Positions 1-36,068 of a DNA stretch of 64,000 nt are shown in pieces. Both the position numbers and the translations under genes were made by a program. Position 1 is the first letter of the stretch. Each line of letters starts with the position of its first letter. The DNA is from the human T2T-CHM13v2.0 reference genome, Homo sapiens, in assembly GCF_009914755.1 (NCBI RefSeq), contig NC_060925.1, one strand, 5' to 3'. Below the pieces are notes generated by a model. That model was not told where the DNA came from. It did not search any database and saw only the letters and a list, made by a program, of their open reading frames with translations.

Positions 1-325
1 AATATTACTCAGCAATACAAAAGGAAAAAATATTGTTACATGCAACAACAGTATGAATCTTTAGTGCATTATGTTAACTGAGAGAAACTAGACTCAAAAG
101 ACTATCTACTGGTGGTCAAAATGGTTGCCACGGGATGGGAGAGTGTAAAGGAGGCTAACTACTAAGGTTCAGCATAAGGGAGGTTTTTTTTGGGGGGTGG
201 GCAAGAGAATTGTTCTGTATCTTGATTGTGGTATTGGTTATACAACTCTATGCCTTTGTCAAAATTCACAGAACTGTACACCAAAAAGTGGATTTTACTG
301 TATATAACTAATAAAAAATAAAAAT
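1..325 (+). mobile_element. Old L1M (L1MC/ME-type) 3' end fragment
   Basis: Typical L1M 3' UTR phrases (catgcaacaaca..tgaatct; ctgtatcttgattgtggt..; gtcaaaattcacagaactgtacac) ending in an A-rich tail. Confidence 0.75.
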
Positions 326-329
326 TTAT

Positions 330-600
330 AGTGGCTACATTTGAAAAGAAATAAAAGACTTGATATTAAAATTAATGTAATAGTTTAGTATATTTTACTT
401 AATGTATTTGAAATGTGGTCATTTCAACTGTAATCAATATAAGAAATTACTCATGAGCTATTTTACATTCTTTTCTTTGTACTAAGTCTTGAGAACTTGG
501 TGTGTATTTTATGCTTATAGGACATCTTAATTTGCGCTAGCCACATTTCAAGTGCTCAGTAGTCACATGTGACTAGAGACTACCATATGGGACAGTACAC
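330..600. mobile_element. MER33-like hAT-Charlie DNA transposon
   Basis: ctagccacatttcaagtgctcagtagtcacatgtgactag..ccatatgggacag matches the MER3/MER33 terminal motif. Confidence 0.75.
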
Positions 601-702
601 GTCTAGATCATGATTGGAAAAAAAGTAAAGTGTTTCCAGTCTTGAGCAACAATCATCAAATACAGAGTAAAATTTTTCCACCAAGTAGAATATACTACTT
701 AA

Positions 703-3646
<2,944 letters not shown>

Positions 3647-4097
3647 CATAACTGATTTTTATAAAGTTTTTGTTGTTGACCAATTGGTAGGTGACAGACA
3701 AAGCTGCTCCCTAGAACAAAATTATTTTTCTCTTCTCTGAATTCTCCAAGCCTTTCAATCTGCAGTACTTATTCAACGCTTATTATTTGCCAGACCCTGC
3801 ACCAGGTGTTGCACTTTTGTATCCTTTGCACTTAGCATATTTCACTTTATAACACAGATATGTAGGAATTCATAGATTTGAAAGACACCCCACAAGTAGT
3901 GCTGGCTTTTCTCTCACTGAGTGGTGAGCTCCTATCCCACCTCTGCAGAGACTGAGCCTTATTTGAGAAAAGAAGCTCATTGAAAATACTCCAGTCATCT
4001 TTGTAGCATTAGTATCTTGTAGATAAGAGGTGCTTGAAAATGTTTGTTGAATGACTAAAAGACCTCCCTATGTCCACCACAGAGCTGAGAAGAGTGA

Positions 4098-5617
<1,520 letters not shown>

Positions 5618-5630
5618 CTAGCACATCAAG

Positions 5631-6019
5631 TGCTATTGTGTGAATGTTTGTCTTCTCTGAAGTTCATGTTGAAACTTAATACACAATGTAACAGTATTAA
5701 GAGATGGAGCCTTTAAGAGGTGATTGAGTCATGAGTGTTCTGCCCTCATAAATAGATTAATCCATTCATGGATTATGGGTTAATGGATTAAAGATTTATT
5801 GTGGGAGCAGGTTAGTTATCACAGAGTGGATTTGTTATAAAAGCCACTTGGCTCTCAGTGTGCTCCCTCACCCTCTTATGCCTTCTCACCAAAAGCCAAC
5901 AAGATGCACGCCCCAGTCTTAGATTTCCCAGCCCCCAGAACTGTAACAAATAAACCTCTTTTCTTTATAAATTACCCAGTCTCTGGTATTGTTATAGCAA
6001 CAGAAAACCAACTAAGACA
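5631..6019 (+). mobile_element. MST-family MaLR solo LTR inserted in L1M
   Basis: tgcta..gaatgtttgtc..catgttgaaacttaa start; ..ttataaattacccagtctc..aactaagaca end; 5-bp flanks tcaag/tcagg. Confidence 0.85.
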
Positions 6020-6081
6020 TCAGGGGATGATGAATGGAAAACAATATCATATGTAGAAAAAGACTCTTGAATATATGTAAG

Positions 6082-6252
6082 TTTTTTTTTTAAGAGGCAG
6101 GGTCTCACTCTGTTGCCCAGGCTGGAGTGCAGTGGCTACTTACAGGCACAATCATAATGCGCTACATCCCTGAACTCCTGGCCTCAAGTGATCCTCCTGC
6201 TTCAGTATCCCAAGTAGCTAGGACTACAGGTGTCAGCCTCCACACCTGGCTT
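6082..6252 (-). mobile_element. FAM (fossil Alu monomer)
   Basis: Retains the 7SL-like segment gcagtggctacttacaggcacaatcata..gctac that dimeric Alus lack; TSD tatatgtaa. Confidence 0.75.
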
Positions 6253-6688
6253 ATATGTAAATTTAATATCTGAAAAAAGTGGCTTTTTAAATCTGAAGGA
6301 AAGGATGCCTTATTAAATAAACATTATTGGGACAATTGGATAGCTATATTGGAAAAAAAAATTAGATCATATACAGCGAAATAACATTTAGATAGGTAAG
6401 AGTTCTAAACATAAAAAAGTCATTAAAATATTTAAAGAAAATAACAGATAATATAAACTTGATGTGAGAAAATATTTCCTAAGAAAAAACATAAAACCCA
6501 GAGACCACAGAAGAAAAGAATGAACTACTGTGTAGTCCAAAGTAAGGTTTACTAGGTCAAAATAAAATGTTTTGTAACATAAAAGACATTATAAACAAAG
6601 TTAAAAGATGAAAAAGATTGGAGTCATATATTTGTCAAACATATAATGGAAAAAGAATTGATATTGATAATACACAAAGAGCTCCTTA

Positions 6689-13725
<7,037 letters not shown>

Positions 13726-13928
13726 CAGTTATTGTTAGATGATGTGTTTTGAAGTGTGGTATGGGAACTATAGTCACTGGAATAATAAACATATAAAGTA
13801 TAAGTTTCTAATTCTGAGATGAGTAAGATGAGGGTAAGATCATTACATTTGTTAAAGAGCTGGTACAAATTCACAGGTATCTGTTCCAGCTTCTTGTTTC
13901 CTCTTTGCTTTTTTTTTTTTTTTTTTGA

Positions 13929-14021
<93 letters not shown>

Positions 14022-14399
14022 TAGCTGGGACCACAGGTGCGTACCACCACGCCTGGTTAATTTTTTGTATTTTTTGTAGAGATAGGGTTTTGCCATGTTG
14101 GTCAGGCTGGTTTCAAACTCCTGAGCTCAAGCGATCTCCTGCCTTGGCCTCCCAAAGGGCTGAGATTACAAGCGCAAGCCATCGCACCAGGCCCCTCCTC
14201 TTTGCTTTCTATTAGTCTTTTATCTCCCTGGTCACCAGCGGTTTGTCCAACCGCCTATTTTCCCCTTTTCTTCCAATGAAGAGTCCCACATCTTTCTTTA
14301 TTAAATTTAAATATTTTTCTCACTTGAATATCTCAGATAACCGATGATCCTCCTAGTTAGTTACAGTTTTGGTGATGAAGACATTCATTTATTCCTCAA

Positions 14400-17315
<2,916 letters not shown>

Positions 17316-17904
17316 ATCAGCAGTGGACCTGACACAGGGCACATACATGTAAGTGACTTCAGCAAACTAACAGGAAATGGCTGTCCTCCATAGTTGAAGA
17401 AATGGACAGAGGAAAAGTCAAGAACATTTTTCATAAGAACAGTAATGGAGATGTTTGTTTAGGGCCCTCCAGAAGCAGAGCGGAGGGATGCCATAAGGCT
17501 TCCCAGGAGAGTTGATGTCTGAACTGAATATTGAAGGAAAAATAGGAGTTTTCCTGGCCAGGCTCGGTGGCTCATGCCTGTAATCCCAGCACTTTGGGCT
17601 TCTGAGGCAGGTGGATCACCTGAGGTCCAGAGTTCCAGACCAGCCTGGCCAACATGGTAAACCCTGTCTCTACTAAAAATACAAAAATTAGCCAGGTGTG
17701 GTGGCGCATGCCTGTAATCCCAGCTACTCAGGAGGCCGAGGCACAAGACTTGCTTGAACCTGGGAGGCAAAGGTTGCTGTGAGCCGAGATCGCGCCACTG
17801 CACTCCAGCCTGGGCAACAGAGCGAGACTCCATCTCAAAAAAAAAAAAAAAGAAAAAGAAAAAAAAAAGCATACAAATATACAGTTAGAAAAAATAAGAC
17901 CTAG

Positions 17905-18402
<498 letters not shown>

Positions 18403-18594
18403 TAGTAGAGACAGGTTGGCCAGTCTGGTCTCGAATTCCTGACCTCAGGTGATCCGCCTGCCTCAGCCTCCCAAAGTGTTGGGATTACAGGCGTGAGCTA
18501 CCGTGCCCAGCCAACTCTGTCTCTTTAAAAAACAAAACAAAAAGACATACTAGGGCCAGGTGTGGTGGCAGGCACCTGTAATCCCAGCTACTTA

Positions 18595-18855
<261 letters not shown>

Positions 18856-19224
18856 GGGAAAAAAACAGAGCCAAGAAGAGGCTCCAATTAAACTTAGAGA
18901 GGGAGAGGGAGTAAAGTCCAGGCTGCCAGCACTGACAGAGTAAAGTCAGGGCAGCACCGAGTCCTGCTGGAAGAATGGGGAAAGTGTGAGCAGGTGCGCA
19001 TTCACTGTCAGCCTCTCTTCCAAATACCCAAGGCTAAGGAATTACAAGCCAAGAGACTGCCTCATCCCAATGCTACTTCCTCCGAGGAGTTTAAAGGTGA
19101 AAGCTCAGAAGGGCCACCTGACCACAGTGAGGGCAAACAGGAGTGAGCCAGAGTGGTTTTGTGGTGCCTGGTGCTCCCTGCTCTGGGGCTACTCCCTCTC
19201 TCTCCTTAAATTCATCTTGACTAC

Positions 19225-20335
19225 ATTAGTCATCTTTGCTGAGGTAACAACCAACCTCAAAATCTCTTTAGCTTACAACAGAGGCCAGCAAATGTTTTCT
19301 GTAAAAGGTGAAACAGTAAATATCTTGGGCTCTGTGGGATGGACATATCGTCTCTGCTGCAACTACTCAGCTCTGCAGTTATAGCGTGAAAGCAGCCACA
19401 GACAATATATAAATGAATGAGAATGGCTGTGTTCCAATAAAACTTTATTTATGAATACTAACAATTTGAATTTCATATAGTTTTAATATCTCAAGATATT
19501 CTTCTTCTTTTGATTACTTTTCCACCCTTCGAAAATGAAAAAAAAAAAAAAAAAAAGCCAGGTGTGGTGGCTCATGCCTGTAATCCAAAATTTTGGGAGG
19601 CCTAGGCTGGAGGATCGCTTGAGCTCAGGACTTTGAGACTAGTCTGGGCAACATGGCAAAACCCCATGTCTACAAAAAAATTTAAAAAATTAGCTGGGCT
19701 TGGTGGCATGCACCTATATTCTCAGCTACTTGAGAGGCTGACGTGGGAAGACCGCTTGAGCCCAGCAGGTCGAGGCTGCAGTGAGCAGTGATTGCACGAC
19801 TGCACTCCAGCCTGGGCAGTGGAGCGAGACCCTGTCTCACACACACACAAAAAGCAAACAAACATATAAAAAACAATTCTTAGCTTACAGATCTTACAAA
19901 AACAGAGAGTAGACTTGGTTCAGCCCATGGACTGTAATTTGGCAACCCTTGCTTTACAAAAACCATCTATTTCTTGTTCACGTTACATGTTGGTGACTAC
20001 AGGGCAGCTTCCGTGCTCACCCCATGACCCAGGCTGAGCTGCAAGAGCAGCCCCTACTTGGGTCATACTGTTTTTGCAGCAGAGAGGAAGAACAAGATTG
20101 CTGGTGAAAATGCATCATGCCTCTTAAAGCTCCTGTTCAGAGCTGGCACGCTGTCACTGCTTACATTCCACTGGCCCAAGCAGGTCCCAAGGCCAAGCCA
20201 GACACTGGAGCAGGGAACTGCACTCTGCCTACAGAGAGTCATTGAAAGTCACATAGCAATGGGTGGAAATGTATAATCCTCTTGGGATGAAGGAGGGAAC
20301 ATTTGGAAAGACTAATAAGACTAATACAGTATACC
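19225..20335 (-). mobile_element. Old MLT1 (K/L-like) LTR with nested MER58
   Basis: gctgaggtaacaaccaacctcaaaatctc..cttacaa; tatttcttgttcacgttacatg; cacgctgtcactgcttacattccactggcccaagc..ggccaagcc. Confidence 0.65.
19279..19950. mobile_element. MER58B-like hAT-Charlie element with nested AluJ (19557-19850)
   Basis: cagaggccagcaaatgttttctgtaaaagg..gcaactactcagctctgc..gctgtgttccaataaaactttattt..ttggcaacccttg; degenerate 8-bp TSD gcttacaa/ctttacaa. Confidence 0.85.
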
Positions 20336-20623
20336 ATCATGAATAACACCTTCTCCCAACACACATTAGGACAATACTAGTCAAAATGTGGTCCAAGGAA
20401 TGATGTACCTAGTCTACGGTGAGTACAGAAAGCGAGAGCAAGCATTTTAAAAGTTTTACAGCAATTTGATATTGCTGCAATAAATAGGCCCACAAGAGAT
20501 TGGGAACAAAAATAATCTGGTTCTTTACCACAGAAACGCCGCATTAGCGAGAGAGTAGCCAATACTCCAGAGAACATGACTTTACAGGACAGAATACAAC
20601 CACCATGAGAAAAAGGGTAAGCT

Positions 20624-28795
<8,172 letters not shown>

Positions 28796-29129
28796 TGGCC
28801 CGGCTTGGTGGCTCACACCTGTAATCCCAGCACTTCAGGAGGCTGGGGTGGGAGGATCGTTTGAGCCCAGGAGTTTGGGACAAGCCTGGGCAACATAGGG
28901 AGATCCCCATCTCTACATAAAATTAAAAAATTAGGCATTGTGGTGTGCACCTGTAGTCCCAGCTACTTGGGAGGCTGAGGCAAGAAGATTGCTTGAGCCT
29001 AGGAGGTCAAGGCTGCGGTGAGCCGTGTTCATGCCATTGCACTCCAGCCTGAGCGACAGCTATCTCAAACAAACAAACAAAAATTCTTTTACACATATCC
29101 CCTTCTAGCTACCACCATCTCTCTTTGCC

Positions 29130-29637
29130 TGTAATAATTCTAAAACATGACCCCAAATTCTGTGACATTCTTTCCATTAGAGATAGCAACTATGTCCCCC
29201 TTCTGCTTGAATCTTAGTAGGCTGGGACAACTTCCATAGATAGGCAGAAAAAGTCATGCAGCTCCCTCCTACCTGTCTTGGACACACTCTGTCAGAACCC
29301 AGCTGCCATGATGCAGGAAGCCCCAGCCCCACAGAGAGGTCATGGGTAGGTGCTCTAGATGACAAATCTCAGCTGAGCCAACCTTCAAGTGATCCCAGCC
29401 CAGGTGCCAAACCTTTGAGCGAAGAAACCTGCAGATGATTCCAGTTCCCAGTAGTTCAAGTTACCCCCAGTCATTTAAGTCTTCCCAGCTAAGGCTCCAG
29501 ACAACAGGAAAAAAAAAAACAAGCCACCCCTGCTGTGACCTGACCCACAGAATCCAGGAGCATAATAAAATAGCTTCAGTTTTCTACTACTAAGTAAGTT
29601 TGGTTTGGTTTATTACACAGTAAAAATAACTGGAACA
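29130..29637 (+). mobile_element. MLT1H-like MaLR solo LTR
   Basis: gaacccagctgccatg..ccagcccaggtgcca..cagatgattccag..cttcccagctaaggctccagac..cctgacccacagaatcc..ataactggaaca. Confidence 0.8.
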
Positions 29638-29639
29638 TC

Positions 29640-31330
29640 CCCTTTATAAACCAGTTTCTGAGAGGAATTGTCTGTTCTCATCATCTCTATTCCTTCATCC
29701 TCCACTTATTCCTCTAATCTGGAAATCCACCCCATCTTTTAAGCCTAATCATGTTCTCTAAAGTCAATGATCTCCAACTTGTTAAATGTAATGGACATTT
29801 TCTTTTAGATTTGTTCTCTTAGCAATATTTAGCACTACTGCCCAATTCTTCCTTTTTTCCTTATTTTTATAGCTGGGTTCTCGCTCTGTCACCCAGGCTG
29901 GAGTAGTAGTGATGCCATCATGGCTCACTGCAGCCTAAAGCTCTTGGACTCAAGCGATCTTCCCACCTCAGCCTCCTAAGTAGCTAAGCCTACAGGCACA
30001 AACAACCAAGCCCAGCTAATTTATTTTATTTTTTTTGTAGAGATCGGGTCTCATTATGTTGCCCAGGCTAGTCTGGAACTCCTGGCCTTAAGCCAACCTC
30101 CTGCCTCAGCCTCCCAAAGTGCTGGCATTACAGGTATGAGCCGCTGTGTCTGGACTCTTCTTTTAGTTTTTATGCCATCACATTATCCCAGGTCTCTTCC
30201 TTCCTCTCCAGTCTTCTCACACTCATTTGCAATTTCAGCTTCCTCTAACCACCCACTAGATGAGGAAGTAGCTCAATGTTTGGTCCTAAGCCTTCTTTGC
30301 TTCTCATTTTATATTCTCTCTCTATGCATATCCATGGTTTTAATTCCCATCCCACCTATATGACTTTGATGATGAAATTTCTTTTTTCTTTTCTTTTTTT
30401 TTTTTTTTTCAGACGGAGTCTCACTCTGTTGCCCAGGCCGGAGTACAGTGGCATGATCTCAGCTCTCTGCAACCTCCACCTCCTGGGTTCAAGTAGGAAT
30501 TTTTTTTTAATTTAAAAATTTTAAAAATCCTGCCCTTCTAGTCCTCTCTCTCTCAGTGAACAGAACCACCATCTGTCCAGTTCCAAAAGGCTGGGAGTTG
30601 TCTTTGACTCCTCCTTCTCCCTCATTTCTCAGAGTCAAACTATTATCTCTAATATTTAACTCTCCACCTCACTTGATCTCCCCACTTCTATCTACCTCCA
30701 CTCTAGTTCAAGATTCTACCATCTCTTAGCTGGGCCACTGTGATCCACTCTTCCTTCCCTCTAATTTATCTTCCACAGTCATCTTTTCAAAATGCTTACC
30801 TCATCATAGCACACACACCCCATGCAGCTTAAAACACATTAATGGCTCCCAAAGTTCTTAACCTGGCCCGACAAGGCCCTGATGGTCTGACCCCTGCCTC
30901 CCTCTCCCATCTTATCTCTTGTCTCTCTCCCTCACGTTGCACTCCAGTCTCATCAGCCTTTCAGGCTATATTCCCATCTACCAAGCACCATTTTGCTCCT
31001 TCTATCTGGAATGCTCCTGACCACTCACACGCTTGCCTGTTAATTCCTACTCCAGATTTCCAGTCAAGATAACCTCCTCAAGGAAGTCCTCCTTACACAA
31101 ACCCTCTCCCTCATGAGACGGGTCCCCACTTCATCAATATTCTCATCACACGACATACCTTTCCTTCAGACTTATCCAATTTTCAAATTATACATTTATT
31201 TGATTACCATCTGTCTCCCCCACTAGACTGCAAATCCCATAAAAGCAGGGACTTGGTGAATTTTTTGCTCACCACTGCATTCCAAGAGCCTAGAGCAAAA
31301 ACTTTACCCTTAGCAGGCACTGTTAAAATT
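29640..31330 (+). mobile_element. L2 LINE 3' portion with nested Alus (29860-30152, 30385-30493)
   Basis: Pyrimidine-rich L2 phrases, ending cactagactg..gcagggact..gctcaccactgcattcc..gcctagagca..tagcaggcact. Confidence 0.75.
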
Positions 31331-31337
31331 GGAATGG

Positions 31338-32147
<810 letters not shown>

Positions 32148-33199
32148 TCAACAAAGAGTTTATCACCAACCTGATGTGCTCTCTTGAGGAATATGTTTGT
32201 GGAACTCTTTTGCATGTTTTAATTAACTAAGGCTAAAATAAAACCTTTGGCTAAAACCATGTCCAGGTCTTTCTGGGGGAATTCTCAATGGGGGCGCTAG
32301 CAGAGTAATCTGAGTACATCCAACACACCAGACACCTAATGGTTTTCAAATATGTTTCTACTTACCTGTTCAGAAGGTGAGGAAATGCAACTAAATAGCA
32401 AAGCACCTCTGCAGTGACACAGAAGTGACATTGAGACAATTGTGAATATCTTGTATCCTCAAAATGCATAGCTAATTATTCCTGAAATCAAAGTTACAAA
32501 CTGTCCAATATGAATGATTTTGAACAGGAGAGGAATCCATTAAAAGCTAAACGCAAGTTTTGATAATTTGAACCTTTTCCCTCCAGTTTTACTATAACAC
32601 AGTACTTTTCAGTACCTGACCCCAGCATAAGGAACTAGAAAACTAATTTATAGAAGTAATGCTTCTACAGTAACAGTGAAAATCCATTGATTTACTATTT
32701 TAGCAAATGTATAACCTGATATCTGTACTCTAAATATTAGAGACGTAAATTTGTCAGAGGAAGCTTGGTGTACGATGAATGCTTGCATTGGAAAAGACGC
32801 AACTTGCTATTTTTACTAATTTTATATTTCTCTGGACTTAACTAAGAATTATGTTCTCTTATCTCAGCCTCTCTGGGTTTTCCTATTCAAATGAAATGCT
32901 TCTGACCTGTACAGGTTTAGAAAAGGTTATCCTCAACTAAAATAACTGCTTCAGTACAAGGGAAAATTCTGTGGAAATCTTTTGCATTTGACGTTGCTAA
33001 ACTTAAGTACAATAATGTCACATGTACTTATACAGTAATTGTGGGCACGCCTAAGTCCCTCCCTCTTTCCTAAACCAAATCCCCAGATCCTAGAAATCCA
33101 GCCCTTCTGCCCTCCGGAGGCGCCTTTCCCAACGTAAAGTACAATTTTAAATTTCAGCTCCTGACTAAAATCATGATCCGCAGTCAACTGCTAGAGAAT

Positions 33200-34450
33200 C
33201 TGGGCACCCCGGTGTCTCTGGAGCGTGCAGCGAGTGTGGGCAAGGGCAGGGGGAGTGGGCGAAGCTGCTGGTTGGTGCCTGAAATCTGTGCGTTGCCCCT
33301 TTAATTGTGTCCCCAGCCCTCGGGCGTTTCTGTCCAACGCCCACGTCAGCAAATACCTTTTGTTTCTCTCACGTTGGGGCTACTTGTTTTAGGGCGCAAA
33401 GGAACGGCCTCGAAAGGGGGTCCTTCCCCAGCCGAGAACCAGGAATCTTCCCTCGGCCCGCGCGCGCGACCGGCCGGTGCGCCGCGGCCCGCGGTAAGTG
33501 GCTGCACGCGGCGCCGGCGGAGGGCGGGCGGGCGTCGGGGCTGCCCGGGACCCGCCGCGAGCCTGGCCGCGGGCTCTGACGGCCCGGGCGGCGGCAGTGC
33601 TGGGATGCGGGCCCCGGGCGCGCCTCCCCCAGACGTCCCCGGGCCGGGAGCGCGGCGGGAGGCGCCGAGGCGAGCGGGCGCCATTTGCAGCCCGGGGCGC
33701 AGTGGCGGCGGCGGCGGCGCCGGCTCCGAGGGGCTGTGGGCGGCCACGGAGGAGGCGCGGGCGGCTGCGGCGGCGGCGGCGGGCCCAGCCCGGGGCGGCG
33801 GCGGGCGTTGGTGGGCACCGGCTCCCGGCCGCCCCTCCCCGCGCCCGGCCGCGCCTCCCAGCCCGCGGGGCCGGCCCTTTCTGCGCGCCCGGGAGGGGCT
33901 GCGGGACAATGGCCGCGCCGTCGCCGCCCGCGCCCGCCTCGCCGCCCGGCCCGGCCCGGGGAAAGGCGGGAAGGCGCGCGGAGCCTCCTGGAGGCGGCGG
34001 CGGGAAGGCGGCGGGGACGGCGCCGGGCGTGTCTGGAGCCGTCGGGCGCCGCGGACTCTGGAGGGGCTCGGGCTGCGCGGAGCAAAGACGGGCGGCCGCC
34101 GCGGGGGCGCGCGGGGAGGGCAGGGCAGGGCCGGGGCCGGAGTCTCTGCGGGCGCGGCCAGGGGCGCTGCCGGGGAACCTGGCTCCCAGGGCAGTAGCCC
34201 GAGTTTCTCGGTGCAGCCTCCATCCTTGGTTTTATGTCAAGATGCGACATCTGGGCTTAGAACCGAGGGCGAACTCACCGCGCCTAACCAATGTTGAGCT
34301 CCCAACTATTTGCTTCTGGACGGAACCTTACATGCTCATCTCTACCCATGCGGACCGCCTCTTTTGTGAGTTAGTCAGCGGCTTGTTCCCTTCCCCTTCA
34401 GATGCGCTTATGTATCCCCGATTGTTCCAATGGCCCTACTCCACATCATT
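33200..34450. promoter_or_regulatory. ZBTB8A: CpG island promoter (TATA-less)
   Basis: Very GC-rich, CpG-dense stretch (core 33450-34200) with GC boxes (GGGCGGGCGGG near 33522), an ATF/CRE-like CCACGTCA (33341-33348), a YY1-like GCGCCATTTG (33678-33687) and short (GGC)5 runs. It lies in the longest Alu-free interval of the window (about 32150-36415). The gene name is from recalled exon architecture. Confidence 0.93.
33348..33493 (+). other. ZBTB8A: Non-coding first exon (5' UTR)
   Basis: Ends at a near-consensus donor GCG|GTAAGT (intron starts 33494), contains no ATG and lies at the 5' edge of the CpG island. The start is placed at a C-A initiator-like dinucleotide (GTC|AGC) and from recalled exon length, so the TSS is approximate. 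Confidence 0.75.
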
Positions 34451-34519
34451 CTAAGACGCGTTTGGAAGCGGTAGATTCACACACACCTGGTGGGCTTCTA
34501 ACCACACACGTCAATATCA

Positions 34520-34670
34520 CCTCTATGCTTGATAAACCTTTATAGTTGCACAACTTTAAATGGAGTGCTTTCACCTATATGAATTATTTCACTTAATTTC
34601 ACATAAAACAACCACCTAGTCAGGCTGACGGTAATTCCACTTTGCAGATGAGGGAACACGTATGAAGCAT
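34520..34670 (-). mobile_element. MIR fragment
   Basis: gtgctttcac..ccactttgcagatgagggaac core motif. Confidence 0.6.
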
Positions 34671-35309
34671 GGCGTTTCACCTCTAGGCTAGGGTGACCAT
34701 AGCCGCCCAGGGCCTCCTGTTCCCGCCCTGCCTTCCCTCCTAAGGCACCTCCAGAGGAGTCTTTAGAAGGGCCAGTCTTAACACAGCGCTTCCCTGCTCT
34801 AAAAACCTTAACTGATCTTTTTCAGGAAAGCCTCCAAAATCCTCAACAAGCTTCTGCTCCAGTCTTATCTCCTCCATGCCTCAGGTATGGATGCGTTTGT
34901 AGACTGGAGCAAGAGCCCCTCACTGATAAGCAGGGATCAGATGTCTTTATTCCTGGGAACCTCTCTGGCCACACAAGTGGCAACTGGGAAGTGAGAATCT
35001 GGCTTAGGGCCCTTGATCAAATGGGTGTCTGGGTGGATTGTGCTCTAAAATGTCAGCAGGAGGCATAATGAGTAGGGACTCCAGGAAGGAGGCCACACCA
35101 CTAACCCTTATCTCCTAGCCCTGAAATCACCAGCTTCGCTGTTGATAATGATTTGGGGCCATCAAAAACTTTGTAAGATAGAGTAATTTAATTCATCGTA
35201 TGTCATTTAAATCTAATTTTTAGATAAAACTGTGTAATAGACTTAACTCAGTGACACAATGATATGTTAATCATATTTAAAGATTTGATGTGTTTGATTC
35301 CCTTGAATG

Positions 35310-35630
35310 AAGCTTTTGCCACTTTTCTGCTCAAAATTGGTCAGTGGCTCCCCATCTTACGCAGTTTAAAAGCCAAAAGCTCCATAATAGTCTATGCAGC
35401 CTTACAAGCACCTGGTCTCACCATGTCCTACTTCTCTCATGATCTGCTTTCCCTTTCTGACTCCATATCCCATTGCTTCCCCCATGCCTCCTTGCCTGCT
35501 CACCTCAGGGCCTTTGCACTTGCCGTTCCCTTTGCCTGAAATGCTCTTCCCCCAGACACCCACATGACTCTCTTACTTCCTTTGGACTTTACCCAAATGC
35601 CATCTTCTCAATGAGGCTTTCCTCAACTAT
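35310..35630 (+). mobile_element. L2 fragment
   Basis: cagtggctccccat..cctcagggcctttgcacttgccgttccctttgcctgaaatgctcttccccc. Confidence 0.8.
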
Positions 35631-35673
35631 AGTTTTGATTCTCTTAAGTGTTTTTATTAATTCTAAATCTTTT

Positions 35674-36050
35674 CTGTCTCAGGCCATTTGTGCAGCTATA
35701 AAAATACTTTGGGACTGGGTAATTATAAAGAACAAATTTATTTCTCACACTTCTGGAGGCTGAGAAGTTTAGGCAGTTTGGTGTCTAGTGAGGGCTGCTC
35801 TTTGCTTCCAAGATGGCACCGTGTTGCTGCATCCTCTGGATGGGAGGACTGCTGTGTCCTCACGTGGCAGAAGGAATGGAAGGGCAGAAGAGGCTAAATT
35901 CACTCCCTCAGGTGCTTTTATAAGGGCACTAATTCCATCCATGAGGGCAGAGTCTTCGTGGCCCAATCACCTCCTAAAGATGATACCGTTGCAATCGGGA
36001 TGAAGTTTCAACATGAATTTTGGAGGGGACACAAATGTTCAAACCATAGC
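35674..36050 (-). mobile_element. MLT1A/MSTD-like MaLR solo LTR
   Basis: atttatttctcacacttctggaggctgagaag..cttccaagatggc..tgtcctcacgtggcagaagg..tttcaacatgaattttggaggggacac. Confidence 0.85.
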
Positions 36051-36068
36051 TCTTAAATGTTTTTAATA

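Noticed and set aside
32284-32300. CTCF-like TCAATGGGGGCGCTAG upstream of the promoter
   Set aside because: Mismatch at the conserved AG and a weak 5' half; cannot be supported without ChIP data.
33703-33800. CGG/GGC repeats as an expansion-type locus
   Set aside because: Runs are only about 5 units and interrupted, which is ordinary for a CpG island.
33305-34454. Long overlapping ORFs (170-330 aa) on both strands
   Set aside because: A/G/P/R-rich products expected from stop-codon scarcity in a CpG island; most start at non-ATG codons and several cross the splice donor.
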